This document shows positions 36,887-50,341 of a stretch of 64,000 nucleotides of DNA, piece by piece. Position 1 is the stretch's first letter, and every line of letters starts with the position of its first letter. The stretch spans positions 1 through 64,000 of the forward strand of contig CAXHJY010001589.1 of assembly GCA_964016885.1 (NCBI GenBank). Direction: 5' to 3'. The notes below the pieces were generated by a model. The model worked only from the letters and a program-made list of their open reading frames with translations, ran no database searches and had not been told where the DNA came from. Made by a program: the position numbers and the translations under genes. The DNA comes from Eledone cirrhosa (lineage: Eukaryota).

Positions 36887-39800
36887 AGGACCCTCCCAAA
36901 GTATAACAATATCCGTTTCAACACACGATTTCAGATAAAGAATCTTACTAAACAAATTCAGAAACGAAATATCGTAAGCCTTAGCCAGGCTAACAAGATA
37001 CTGAAAACCACCATGTTCTGTTGTCTACGAAAAAGCATAACATCTCGACAACTATACTTCATAAAGCTGTGTTCCTCGTCCAGAATCTACACCAACACCA
37101 TCAATACTAACGTTAGAAGATTACAACTCACCAAAAAACAAGCAGATAGGCTAAAACGAACATTAATTCTAAACATAAAAAAGAAAATCTATAGAGAATT
37201 AAGTCATCAAGAAAAACAAAAGCGTAACCTAATACAAGAAATAGCTAGGATCACCACACCAAGAGAGAAACTAATATTTATAAGCCTTATACGCCCTGAA
37301 GAACAGTACATTACTCAAGAATGTGATAAGCACTTTAAGAGGAAACTAAAGTGGCTTAAAAAGGCAAAGCTAAATCAGGATACTATAGAGTATACCAATA
37401 GATATCCCGACAAAATTGACGGTATCAACATGGCCGACACCTCATTATCAGAAGAGTTCAACAACAAAAAACACCAACATATATGGGAACGCAAAAATAC
37501 ATAATGATGAAATGTCTGTGTTATGTTTGCCGCCGAAATTTGAGACATTCAAGAAGGTAAATATGATTAGTTGTCTGTCAGAAATAGAAAATTCATTTAC
37601 AAAACTACGCTGGAGCATCAAAAACAAAAGCAACAATATACGCACACACATATACAACACACATCCCAACAACAACAGACACACAGACACAAACAACAAT
37701 AACAACAACACACACATCAACATCAACAATAACAACATACCCAGAAACAACAACAACAGACACGCAGACACAAACAACAATAACAACACACACAACAACG
37801 ATAACACACACGGAGACAACAACAACACACATCAACAACAGCACACATCAACAACAACAACACACACGCATTCAATGCCTCTCACCACCACCACAATCTT
37901 AACAAACACACAGACACAGAAAACAAGTAATGACAGTAGCACAGAAATCACAGAAATAAGGGAAAGTAATAGGATTAAAAGGAGAAGGGAGACTAAGGAC
38001 AAAGAGAATAACCAAGACGAACACACAGACACACAAAATAGGGTAGATAACAACATTGAGCCAGTGGAAAGAGACAGGAGTAATTATGAGAGACATAGAA
38101 ACAACCATGATGCTGTTGGTGGAAATAGAAATAGAAACTACACAACTAACAATAACAATAGCACTAGTACACATAAAGCAGCAGCCTGGAACTCTCCGTT
38201 TTATAATCCCTCCGATAAATCATTCGACCTGCGACGAGTCCACGCCACGACTTTACCATTTAACAAACGCACGCAGTTGCCGTCGCAAGTCGATGAACAA
38301 ACAGAAGCACAATTTAGTATAGCTAGATCCGAACTTAGAAATATTATAGAACAGTATAGCAAGAAGCATAATAGAATGGAGGCCCAGCAACTGGGAGAAA
38401 AATCTGCAAATGGCTTGCGTAAGCTCATGCAGCGCTCACGTAATGGAGAGATAGCATGCTTTCCAACAGACAAGTCTGGCAGAATGTCGGTTGACAGCCT
38501 GCCAAACTACATCCAGGCAATGCAACCCCACATCACTAACACAAGAGAGGTAACACCACAGGAGCATGAGGATAGAGAAAAAGCCCTCAATGCCCATATG
38601 GTGATGTGGACGAATATAATGCAGCCCAACAAAAGGACTGCCAACAACTTCCAGGCCTAGAACAATGACGTGCCGGCGTTGTATGGGCTTCGAAAAGACC
38701 ATAAAACGGGCTGTGACCCTGTCGCGGGACCACCAGCACGGCCAATCTGTGGAGCTAACATTGCTAGTAACTACAGACTGTCCTATTTCCTCTCCCTGAT
38801 TCATACGCCCCATCATTGAGATGTCCCCAGATGTATGTGACAGCACGGAGGACCTCCTCAGCGGAATCGGCGTGAGTAACCGATCTGGGGACCTAACAAA
38901 CTGCATAATAGGCAGTATGGATGTTGTGTCCCTGTATCCATCTATTGACGTGGATTTTGCTGTGGAGAAATGCGTAGAAATGATCAGCGAGAGCAAGGTT
39001 GAGTTCCGTGGGATTGATACCAGTGAGCTGGGACTTCTACTTAAGCTTACCCATAGTAATAGTTACCTAGACACATATGACCTTAGCAACCTGTGCCCTA
39101 CAAGACCAGCAAGAGGCAGACCACCTACCATTACCTCAACGGCCAAGAAAACCCACACAGAAAGATCGAACGGGTGGACCAGAGCCATACGGACACCCGA
39201 AAACCACGATGAACTGAAGAAAATGATTGCACATGCGGTAGGGGCCAGCATAAAATTAACCCTTAAGGAACATATGTTCAAATTTAATGGAAAAACATAT
39301 GCCCAAGAGGAAGGAGCAGCCATTGGTGTTAGCATTGCAGGCGACATAGCTAACTTATTCATGGTATGGTGGGACAGTAGACTTAAACTTAAACTTAAAG
39401 AACAATTAGAAGACAGCTTAACCCTGATAATGTACTCCCGCCACGTAGATGATATAAACATCGTAATTAAGACACCCCCACTAGAGAACAGTCAGGAACT
39501 AGAGAAAAACACAATGGAAAGCATCCAGCAAATAGCAAACTCCATCCACCAGAGCATTAGAGTTACTATAGACTACCCAAGTAGACATCCCAACCATCGA
39601 TTACCTGTACTAGACACAGAGCTCTGGTTAGATACGATTAATAACCAAAAACAAATCCTCCATTCCCATTATGCCAAACCCATGACTTCCAAACATCTGA
39701 TCCACCGAAACTCGGCCATTTCGGACCATACCAAAATCAACATACTGATTGCGGATTTGGTACGGGTGATGAGAAATGTGTCCCGCATGTGCAACCCCGA

Positions 39801-40590
39801 AGAACTAGAGAGACACATACAACACTTCATCCACCTCCACCGTATGCAGTTCTCTGGCTACAATCAGAGAGATAGAATCAGAGTGTATAGAGGAGCCAGA
39901 ACCAAATGGGAAAAAATGGTAAATAATGACATAAATGGGACCTGCCCCTTGTATAGGAGCAAATTTTGGAATAGAATAGAAAGAACTAGGAACAAGGCCA
40001 ATAGAATAAACTCATGGTATGATAGCAATAAATACCAGAGTGTAATGTTCATCGATACAACCCCTAGAGGCGAACTAGCCTACACATTTAGAAGGGCCCT
40101 AAATAAACATAAACTCAATATTAAGATAGTAGAAAGACCAGGTACCTCCGTAAAAACACTTATTAGCAAGACATACCCGTTCCAAAGACCCTCATGTATA
40201 GATAAGAAATGTATAACCTGTAAAATAAGCCCCCATATTAACTGTAAAACTGGAAATGTAGTGTATAGCATAAGATGTACTGAAGGACAATGTAGAAACA
40301 AAAATATAGTGTACATAGGTGAGACAGCTCGTAGTATAGGGGAACGGATAAATGAACACTGGCGAGACCTTCAAGATAATAAAGAATCATCTGTACTCTA
40401 CCAACATGCTAAGATAGAACACAAGGGTAAATTAGAGAACAGAAATAAAAATAGAATCTACACACAGAAAAGACGCAATGTTTAGACAAATTACAGAGGC
40501 AATAAACATAAAAGAATTACAACCAAAATTAAATAGAAAATATGAGTGGAACAGCAACATCACAAATTACAATAAAGGACAAAATGAAAA
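36887..40590 (+). pseudogene. PLE RT/GIY-YIG ORF, copy 1 (disrupted)
   Basis: TDKSG, LRKDHK, DVVSLYPSID, RHVDD and YIGET motifs. The start codon is mutated, and there are frameshifts and a TAG at 38658. Confidence 0.85.
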
Positions 40591-40778
40591 CACACACACA
40601 CATAAAACAAACAACCAACCAATAACATGTAAATAAATAAACAAATAGATAAATGAACACAAACACACAGACACCCGGATGTGGCGCATGCGCAAACTGA
40701 GCACACAACACACACACAGAAACAAGATGTCGTAGGACAGAAGAAAGGAAAGGCACAGAAACAAAGAAAGGAATCCCC

Positions 40779-40823
40779 AGTCACTGAAGAGGTCACAGAG
40801 TGTGTGACGAAAGGACTATGACT
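40779..40823 (+). ncRNA. Minimal type I hammerhead in the pLTR (second copy at 44853-44897)
   Basis: AGTCA-CTGAAGA-GGTCACAGAGTGTGTGAC-GAAA-GGAC-TA-TGACT. Confidence 0.85.
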
Positions 40824-40963
40824 ATATATAAACAACTATCTGGTTTTGGAACCAACCAACCAACCAGAAATTTATAAATTTGTAGATTTGTAAATTTATA
40901 AATTTATAAATATATAATAAATTGAAGTGAAAGCAACTGGTGCGTGTGTTTCTTATTGGCAAC

Positions 40964-43900
40964 ATGACCCTCCCAAAGTATAACAATATCGGTTTCAACA
41001 CACGATTTCAGATAAAGAATCTTGCTAAACAAATTCAGAAACGAAATATCGTAAGCCTTAGCCAGGCTAACAAGATACTGAAAACCACCATGTTCTGTTG
41101 TTTACGAAAAACCATAACATCTCGACAACTATACTTCATAAAGCAGTGTGCCTCGTCCAGAATCTACACCAACACCATCAATACCGACGTTAGAAGATTA
41201 CAACTCACCAAAAAACAAGCAGATAGGCTAAAACGAACATTAATTCTAAACATAAAAAAGAAGATCTATAGAGAATTAAGTCATCAAGAAAAACAAAAGC
41301 GTAACCTAATACAAGAAATAGCTAGGATCACCACACCAAGAGAGAAACTAATATTTATAAGCCTTATACGCCCTGAAGAACAGTACATTACTCAAGAATG
41401 TGATAAGCACTTTAAGAGGAAACTAAAGTGGCTTAAACAGGCAAAGCTAAATCAGGATACTATAGAGTATACCAATAGATATCCCGACAAAATTGACGGT
41501 ATCAACATGGCCGACACCTCATTATCAGAAGAGTTCAACAACAAAAACACCAACATATATGGGAACGCAAAAATACATAATGATGAAATGTCTGTGTTAT
41601 GTTTGCCGCCGAAATTTGAGACATTCAAGAAGGTAAATATGATTAGTTGTCTGTCAGAAATAGAAAATTCATTTACAAAACTACGCTGGAGCATCAAAAA
41701 CAAAAGCAACAATATACGCACACACATATACAACACACATCCCAACAACAACAGACACACAGACACAAACAACAATAACAACAACACACACATCAACAAC
41801 AACAATAACAACATACCCAGAAACAACAACAACAGACACGCAGACACAAACAACAATAACAACACACACAACAACGATAACACACACGGAGACAACAACA
41901 ACACACATCAACAACAGCACACATCAACAACAACAACACACACGCATTCAATGCCTCTCACCACCACCACAATCTTAACAAACACACAGACACAGAAAAC
42001 AAGTAATGACAGTAGCACAGAAATCACAGAAATAAGGGAAAATAATAGGATTAAAAGGAGAAGGGAGACTAAGGACAAAGAGAATAACCAAGACGAACAC
42101 ACAGACACACAAAATAGGGTAGATAACAACATTGAGCCAGTGGAAAGAGACAGGAGTAATTATGAGAGACATAGAAACAACCATGATGCTGTTGGTGGAA
42201 ATAGAAATAGAAACAACACAACTAACAATAACAATAGCACTAGTACACATAAAGCAGCAGCCTGGAACTCTCCGTTTATAATCCCTCCGATATATCATTC
42301 GACCTGCGACGAGTCCACGCCACGACTTTACCATTTAACAAACGCACGCAGTTGCCGTCGCAGGTCGATGAACAAACAGAAGCACAATTTAGTATAGCTA
42401 GATCCGAACTTAGAAATATTATAGAACAGTATAGCAAGAAGCATAATAGAATGGAGGCCCAGCAACAGGGAGAAAAATCTGCAAATGGCTTGCGTAAGCT
42501 CATACAGCGCTCACGTAATGGAGAGATAGCATGCTTTCCAACAGACAAGTCTGGCAGAATGTCGGTTGACAGCCTGCCAAACTACATCCAGGCAATGCAA
42601 CCCCACATCACTAACACAAGAGAGGTAACACCACAGGAGCATGAGGATAGAGAAAAAGCCCTCAATGCCCATATGGTGATGTGGACGAATATAATGCAGC
42701 CCAACAAAAGGACTGCCAACAACTTCCAGGCCTAGAACAATGACGTGCCGGCGTTGTATGGGCTTCGAAAAGACCATAAAACGGGCTGTGACCCTGTCGC
42801 GGGACCACCAGCACGGCCAATCTGTGGAGCTAACATTGCTAGTAACTACAGACTGTCCTATTTCCTCTCCCTGATTCATACGCCCCATCATTGAGATGTC
42901 CCCAGATGTATGTGACAGCACGGAGGACCTCCTCAGCAGAATCGGCGTGAGTAACCGATCTGGGGACCTAACAAACTGCATAATAGGCAGTATGGATGTT
43001 GTGTCCCTGTATCCATCTATTGACGTGGATTTTGCTGTGGAGAAATGCGTAGAAATGATCAGCGAGAGCAAGGTTGAGTTCGGTGGGATTGATACCAGTG
43101 AGCTGGGACTTCTACTTAAGCTTACCCATAGTAATAGTTACCTAGACACATATGACCTTAGCAACCTGTGCCCTACAAGACCAGCAAGAGGCAGACCACC
43201 TACCATTACCTCAACGGCCAAGGAAACCCACACAGAAAGATGGAAGGGGTTTACCAGAGCCATACGGACACCCGAAAACCACGATGAACTGAAGAAAATG
43301 ATTGCACATGCGGTAGGGGCCAGCATAAAATTAACCCTTAAGGAACATATGTTCAAATTTAATGGAAAAACATATGCCCAAGAGGAAGGAGCAGCCATTG
43401 GTGTTAGCATTGCAGGCGACATAGCTAACTTATTCATGGTATGGTGGGACAGTAGACTTAAACTTAAACTTAAAGAACAATTAGAAGACAGCTTAACCCT
43501 GATAATGTACTCCCGCTACGTAGATGATATAAACATCGTAATTAAGACACCCCCACTAGAGAACAGTCAGGAACTAGAGAAAAACACAATGGAAAGCATC
43601 CAGCAAATAGCAAACTCCATCCACCAGAGCATTAGAGTTACTATAGACTACCCAAGTAGACATCCCAACCATCGATTACCTGTACTAGACACAGAGCTCT
43701 GGTTAGATACGATTAATAACCAAAAACAAATCCTCCATTTCCATTATGCCAAACCCATGACTTCCAAACATCTGATCCACCGAAACTCGGCCATTTCGGA
43801 CCATACCAAAATCAACATACTGATTGCGGATTTGGTACGGGTGATGAGAAATGTGTCCCGCATGTGCAACCCCGAAGAACTAGAGAGACACATACAACAC

Positions 43901-44701
43901 TTCATCCACCTCCACCGTATGCAGTTCTCTGGCTACAATCAGAGAGATAGAATCAGATTGTATAGAGGAGCCAGAACCAAATGGGAAAAAATGGTAAATA
44001 ATGACATAAATGGGACCTGCCCCTTGTATAGGAGCAAATTTTGGAATAGAATAGAAAGAACTAGGAACAAGGCCAATAGAATAAACTCATGGTATGATAG
44101 CAATAAATACCAGAGTGTAATGTTCATCGATATAACCCCTAGAGGCGAACTAGCCTACAAATTTAGAAGGGCCCTAAATAAACATAAACTCAATATTAAG
44201 ATAGTAGAAAGACCAGGTACCTCCGTAAAAACACTTATTAGCAAGACATACCCGTTCCAAAGACCCTCATGTATAGATAAGAAATGTATAACCTGTAACA
44301 TAAGCCCCCATATTAACTGTAAAACTGGAAATGTAATGTATAGCATAAGATGTACTGAAGGACAATGTAGAAACAAAAATATAGTGTACATAGGTGAGAC
44401 AGCTCGTAGTATAGGGGATCGGATAAATGAACACTGGCGACACCTTCAACATAATAAAGAATCATCTGTACTCTACCAACATGCTAAGATAGAACACAAG
44501 GGTAAATTAGAGAACATAGAAATAAAAATAGAATCTACACACAGAAAAGATGCAATGTTTAGACAAATTACAGAGGCAATAAACATAAAAGAATTACAAC
44601 CAAAATTAAATAGGAAAAATGATGGAACAGCAACATCACAACTTAAAATTAAGGACAAAATGAAAACACACACACACATAAAACAAACAACCAACCAATA
44701 A
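40964..44701 (+). pseudogene. PLE RT/GIY-YIG ORF, copy 2 (disrupted)
   Basis: MTLPKYNN start and RYVDD motif. Frameshift near 42278, TAG at 42733, frameshift near 42878. Confidence 0.85.
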
Positions 44702-45159
44702 CATGTAAATAAACAAATAAATAAATGAACATAAACACAGACAGACACCCGGATGTGGCGCATGCGCAGACTGTGCACACAACACACACACAGAAACAAA
44801 GTGGCGTAGGACAGAAGAAAGGAAAGGCACAGAAACAAAGAAATGAATCCCCAGTCACTGAAGAGGTCACAGAGTGTGTGACGAAAGGACTATGACTATA
44901 TTTAAACAACTATCTGGTTGTGGAACCAACCAACCAACCAGAAATTTATAAATTTGTAGATTTGTAAATTTATAAATTTATAAATATATAATAAATTGAA
45001 GTGAAGGCATGGGGTGCGTGTGTTTCTTATTGGCAACATGACCCTCCCAAAGTATAACAACATCGGTTTCAACACACGATTTCAGATAAAGAATCTTGCT
45101 AAATAAATTAAGAAACGAAATATATATATATGCATATATATATATATATATGTATATGC

Positions 45160-45189
<30 letters not shown>

Positions 45190-45190
<1 letters not shown>

Positions 45191-46877
45191 ATATATTTAG
45201 AAACACACAGATACATGCGGACACACACATATACATGAATGCATCCGCACCCAACCATGAGTTAAGGGTGCCAACTTCACCGATGTTGCTCAATGAATGA
45301 CTGGGACAGACCAATCCGGTTGAACCAGACTGAACCAGTATCAGAGTTAAAAATACATTATGAAGAGAGAAGAAACATTTAGATATAATTAGTAATAAAA
45401 TGTATCATACCTAAACTGCTCCTAGATTCCTCGACTACGTAGTTTCGTGGCATAAACAAAAACAATATATCATAAAGATATAGAGTCCTTGCGAGGTCTG
45501 CCGACTTATCAAGAGGATACCTCATTTTACTAGTCTCAAGAACGCGTCTCCACAACGTGAGAAAGAATCCCAAAAGGCGGAGGGGGAGATAGTCACGCGA
45601 TATAACGGTCGAGAAACAGAGCTAAGCCTCTTATAACCCCGAAGAAAATACCACGGAGGCGGAGGGGGTATTTATATCGAAGCCGTAGAAGAGGTGGTGA
45701 AGGAGGCGAGAAGTATGAGTAATGAAAGCTTTCCAGCAGTCCCCACACTTCAAAGATTGCTCGACCAGAGGGAGTTATTAACAATATATTTAGAAACACA
45801 CAGATACATGCGGACACACACATATACATGAATGCATCCGCACCCAACCATGAGTTAAGGGTGCCAACTTCACCGATGTTGCTCAATGAATGACTGGGAC
45901 AGACCAATCCGGTTGAACCAGACTGAACCAGTATCAGAGTTAAAAATACATTATGAAGAGAGAAGAAACATTTAGATATAATTAGTAATAAAATGTATCA
46001 TACCTAAACTGCTCCTAGATTCCTCGACTACGTAGTTTCGTGGCATAAACAAAAACAATATATCATAAAGATATAGAGTCCTCGCGAGGTCTGCCGACTT
46101 ATCAAGAGGATACCTCATTTTACTAGTCTCAAGAACGCGTCTCCACAACGTGAGAAAGAATCCCAAAAGGCGGAGGGGGAGATAGTCACGCGATATAACG
46201 GTCGAGAAACAGCGCTAAGCTTCTTATAACCCCGAAGAAAATACCACGGAGGCGGAGGGGGTATTTATATCGAAGCCGTAGAAGAGGTGGTGAAGGAGGC
46301 GAGAAGTATGAGTAATGAAAGCTTTCCAGCAGTCCCCACACTTCAAAGATTGCTCGACCAGAGGGAGTTATTAACAATATATTTAGAAACACACAGATAC
46401 ATGCGGACACACACATATACATGAATGCATCCGCACCCAACCATGAGTTAAGGGTGCCAACTTCACCGATGTTGCTCAATGAATGACTGGGACAGACCAA
46501 TCCGGTTGAACCAGACTGAACCAGTATCAGAGTTAAAAATACATTATGAAGAGAGAAGAAACATTTAGATATAATTAGTAATAAAATGTATCATACCTAA
46601 ACTTAGGCTTAGCTCTGTTTCTCGACCGTTATATCGCGTGACTATCTCCCCCTCCGCCTTTTGGGATTCTTTCTCACGTTGTGGAGACGCGTTCTTGAGA
46701 CTAGTAAAATGAGGTATCCTCTTGATAAGTCGGCAGACCTCGCAAGGACTCTATATCTTTATGATATATTGTTTTTGTTTATGCCACGAAACTACGTAGT
46801 CGAGGAATCTAGGAGCAGTTTAGGTATGATACATTTTATTACTAATTATATCTAAATGTTTCTTCTCTCTTCATAAT

Positions 46878-46878
<1 letters not shown>
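45190..46878 (-). mobile_element. Retrozyme-like tandem array, family C (593-bp unit, ~2.4 copies) plus inverted 5' segment
   Basis: Unit starts at ~45190, 45783 and 46376. 46604-46878 is inverted. Variant hammerheads at 45428-45517, 46021-46110 and 46717-46806. Confidence 0.85.
46717..46806 (+). ncRNA. Type I hammerhead with U3-A8 core variant
   Basis: TCCTC-TTGATAA-GT(C)GGCA...TGCCAC-GAAA-CTACGTAG-TC-GAGGA, with a GUC triplet. Confidence 0.75.
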
Positions 46879-46915
<37 letters not shown>

Positions 46916-46950
46916 GTATATATCTATATATATATATGTATATATATATG

Positions 46951-46981
<31 letters not shown>

Positions 46982-47246
46982 GTATATATACGTATATGTA
47001 TATATGTATGTATATATATATGTATATATATATGTATATATATATGTATATATATATGTATATATATATGTATATATTTATATATATATGTATATATATA
47101 TGTATATATATATGTATATATATGTATATATATATGTATATATATGTATATGTATATATATATATGTGTATGTATATATATATATATGTATATGTATATA
47201 TATGTATATGTATATGTATATATATATGTATATATATATGTATATG

Positions 47247-47279
<33 letters not shown>

Positions 47280-47283
47280 GTAT

Positions 47284-47331
<48 letters not shown>

Positions 47332-47582
47332 GTATGTATATATATATATATGTATGTATATATATATATATGTATATATATATATGTATGTATATATATA
47401 TATATGTATATATATATATGTATGTATATATATATATATGTATGTATATGTATATGTATGTATATATATATATATATGTATATAGATTTTGAGTTTATGT
47501 TGGTTGTATACCAACACCTCAGTATGCAGGCTGGAGCACTCGACGAAGTGCGCAGGTTGGTTTGGTTACCCCGGAGTAGTGT

Positions 47583-47890
47583 AAAATAAAGTTAAATAAA
47601 AGTCAAATGATTAAAATTTAGCTTCGTTTATTACTGCTATATATATTTCAGTGACAGCCATCTTTGTCATATGACTCCAGTTCCCCAGTGAATTAACAAC
47701 CCAGCAAGGAACTGGGCATATCAGAGTATTGACAATATCATACACCTAAACAACATATGTACTTGTCTATACCATACTAATTCAAACTGCCTGAAGAGGT
47801 CACAGCCAAAGATGGCTGTCACTGAAATATATATAGCAGTAATAAACGAAGCTAAATTTTAATCATTTGACTTTTATTTAACTTTATTTT
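47583..47890 (+). mobile_element. Short PLE-type pLTR fragment with hammerhead (47786-47840) and inverted 5' copy
   Basis: ACTGC-CTGAAGA-GGTCACAGCC..GGCTGTCACT-GAAA-TATATA-TA-GCAGT-AATAAA. 47583-47665 is the reverse complement of 47808-47890. Confidence 0.82.
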
Positions 47891-47897
47891 ATATATG

Positions 47898-47951
<54 letters not shown>

Positions 47952-48050
47952 TATGTATATATATATATGTATATATGTATATATATATGTATGTATATAT
48001 ATATGTATGTATGTATATATATATGTATATATATATATGTATATATACAT

Positions 48051-48660
48051 GTCAGGTCACCAGTTGGTGCTACTGGTAACATGTATCCCAGTACAACCTG
48101 TCTCATGGTCGGATCGTTGGCGACTAAACTGGCAACCCCACCAATGTTTCTTGGTGAGGAGGGTGACTTTGGACATCCTGCAGGACTAAAAACAAAACCT
48201 GTCAAAGGGCAAAGGGGCTTTTAAGAGTCAATGGCCATCCAAAATCACCGGGAGAGATGACCCCTTAGCCTTTGTCAAGGCAGAATTCTAGGAGAAGGAA
48301 AACTCTGATATAACACCAGCAACCTTGATGGTATCCAATGATGTTGACTTGTTCTACTTTTTGGTATATATCATCTTGGTTAAGAGAGTGGGACTGGCTT
48401 TGTGCAGTGCCTTTGCTGACTATAAAAGCTTCACGGCACAGACATTGCTTTATATCTGGAGATCTCTCTGCACTTGTCGTCACATGGTACCATTGTCCCA
48501 GCACTATGTGTCAATAATTGTCACAAGTGTAGTGTTTGTACCAGAGTTTTCAAGTCGCTGGCTGGACTAAAATGTCACACTCGTTCAGTGCATCGGTAGG
48601 GGTTCTCCTACATGGATATAAAGTAGTGGCCGTACTCGAAAACGAGTTGGCAGCCACCAT
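48051..48660 (+). mobile_element. Bipartite non-autonomous RTE derivative (5' UTR plus 3' end)
   Basis: RTE-like 5' UTR words (GGCGACTAAACTGGCAACCCC, GGAGAAGGAAAACTCTGA) joined to a remnant zinc finger [22 protein letters not shown] and a short 3' UTR. Confidence 0.6.
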
Positions 48661-48695
48661 ATTTATATATATATATGTATATATATATATGTATG

Positions 48696-48730
<35 letters not shown>

Positions 48731-48731
48731 G

Positions 48732-48765
<34 letters not shown>

Positions 48766-48867
48766 TATGTATATATATATGTATATATATATATATATAT
48801 GTATGTATATATACATATGTATATATATATGTATGTATATATATATATATGTATGTATATATATATG

Positions 48868-48902
<35 letters not shown>

Positions 48903-48934
48903 GTATGTATATATATATATATATATGTATATAT

Positions 48935-49514
48935 AATTAAGTTAAAAATGTACATCCACATATGTATACTGAAATACTAGTATGCATATGAATACACACA
49001 CGTATACATATGTAGATGTACCGAGTTTTTCACTGGTCACTTTACTGTGAGTGTCCAGCTATTCTGTATGTAAACACACAGACAAACCGGTTTTTAGAGT
49101 CATACTGGTTTTTGAGGAAACACCTTTCCTCTATTCTCCAGAAAGCCAGACAAGGAATATTGAACTAGTTTCGATGTTGTTACATCTCATCAGCAATATT
49201 TACCTATCTTCCGGCCTCTCTAGAGAATCGTAAAAGCACATATCGTTATATGCTTTTTCTATGAAAATTAGTAGTGGGCAGACTAATTTGCATAGAGCGT
49301 GTTTACATACAGAATAGCTGGACACTCACAGTAAAGTGACCAGTGAAAAACTCGGTACATCTACATATGTATACGTGTGTGTATTCATATGCATACTAGT
49401 ATTTCAGTATACATATGTGGATGTACATTTTTAACTTAATTGTTTAAGCGTCAGTCATACAAAAGTGAGTTACAAACGAAACGAAATTTAATTTCGTTTC
49501 GTTATTTGTTTTTA
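48935..49514 (-). mobile_element. Family B retrozyme-like copy with inverted 5' segment
   Basis: Hammerhead at 49156-49200, octamer at 49286-49293, and 49299-49514 inverted. Confidence 0.85.

Positions 49515-50341
<827 letters not shown>

Larger units (their letters stand above)
36586..45122 (+). mobile_element. PLE family 1: inverted 5' pLTR plus a tandem dimer of a ~4.08-kb unit
   Basis: 36586-36760 is an inverted pLTR. The unit period is ~4076 bp. The element has an RT plus GIY-YIG ORF and hammerheads at 40779-40823 and 44853-44897. Confidence 0.93.

Noticed and set aside
45379-46855. 64- and 104-aa ORFs in array C
   Set aside because: Non-ATG starts and no motifs. The 64-aa ORF overlaps the ribozyme.
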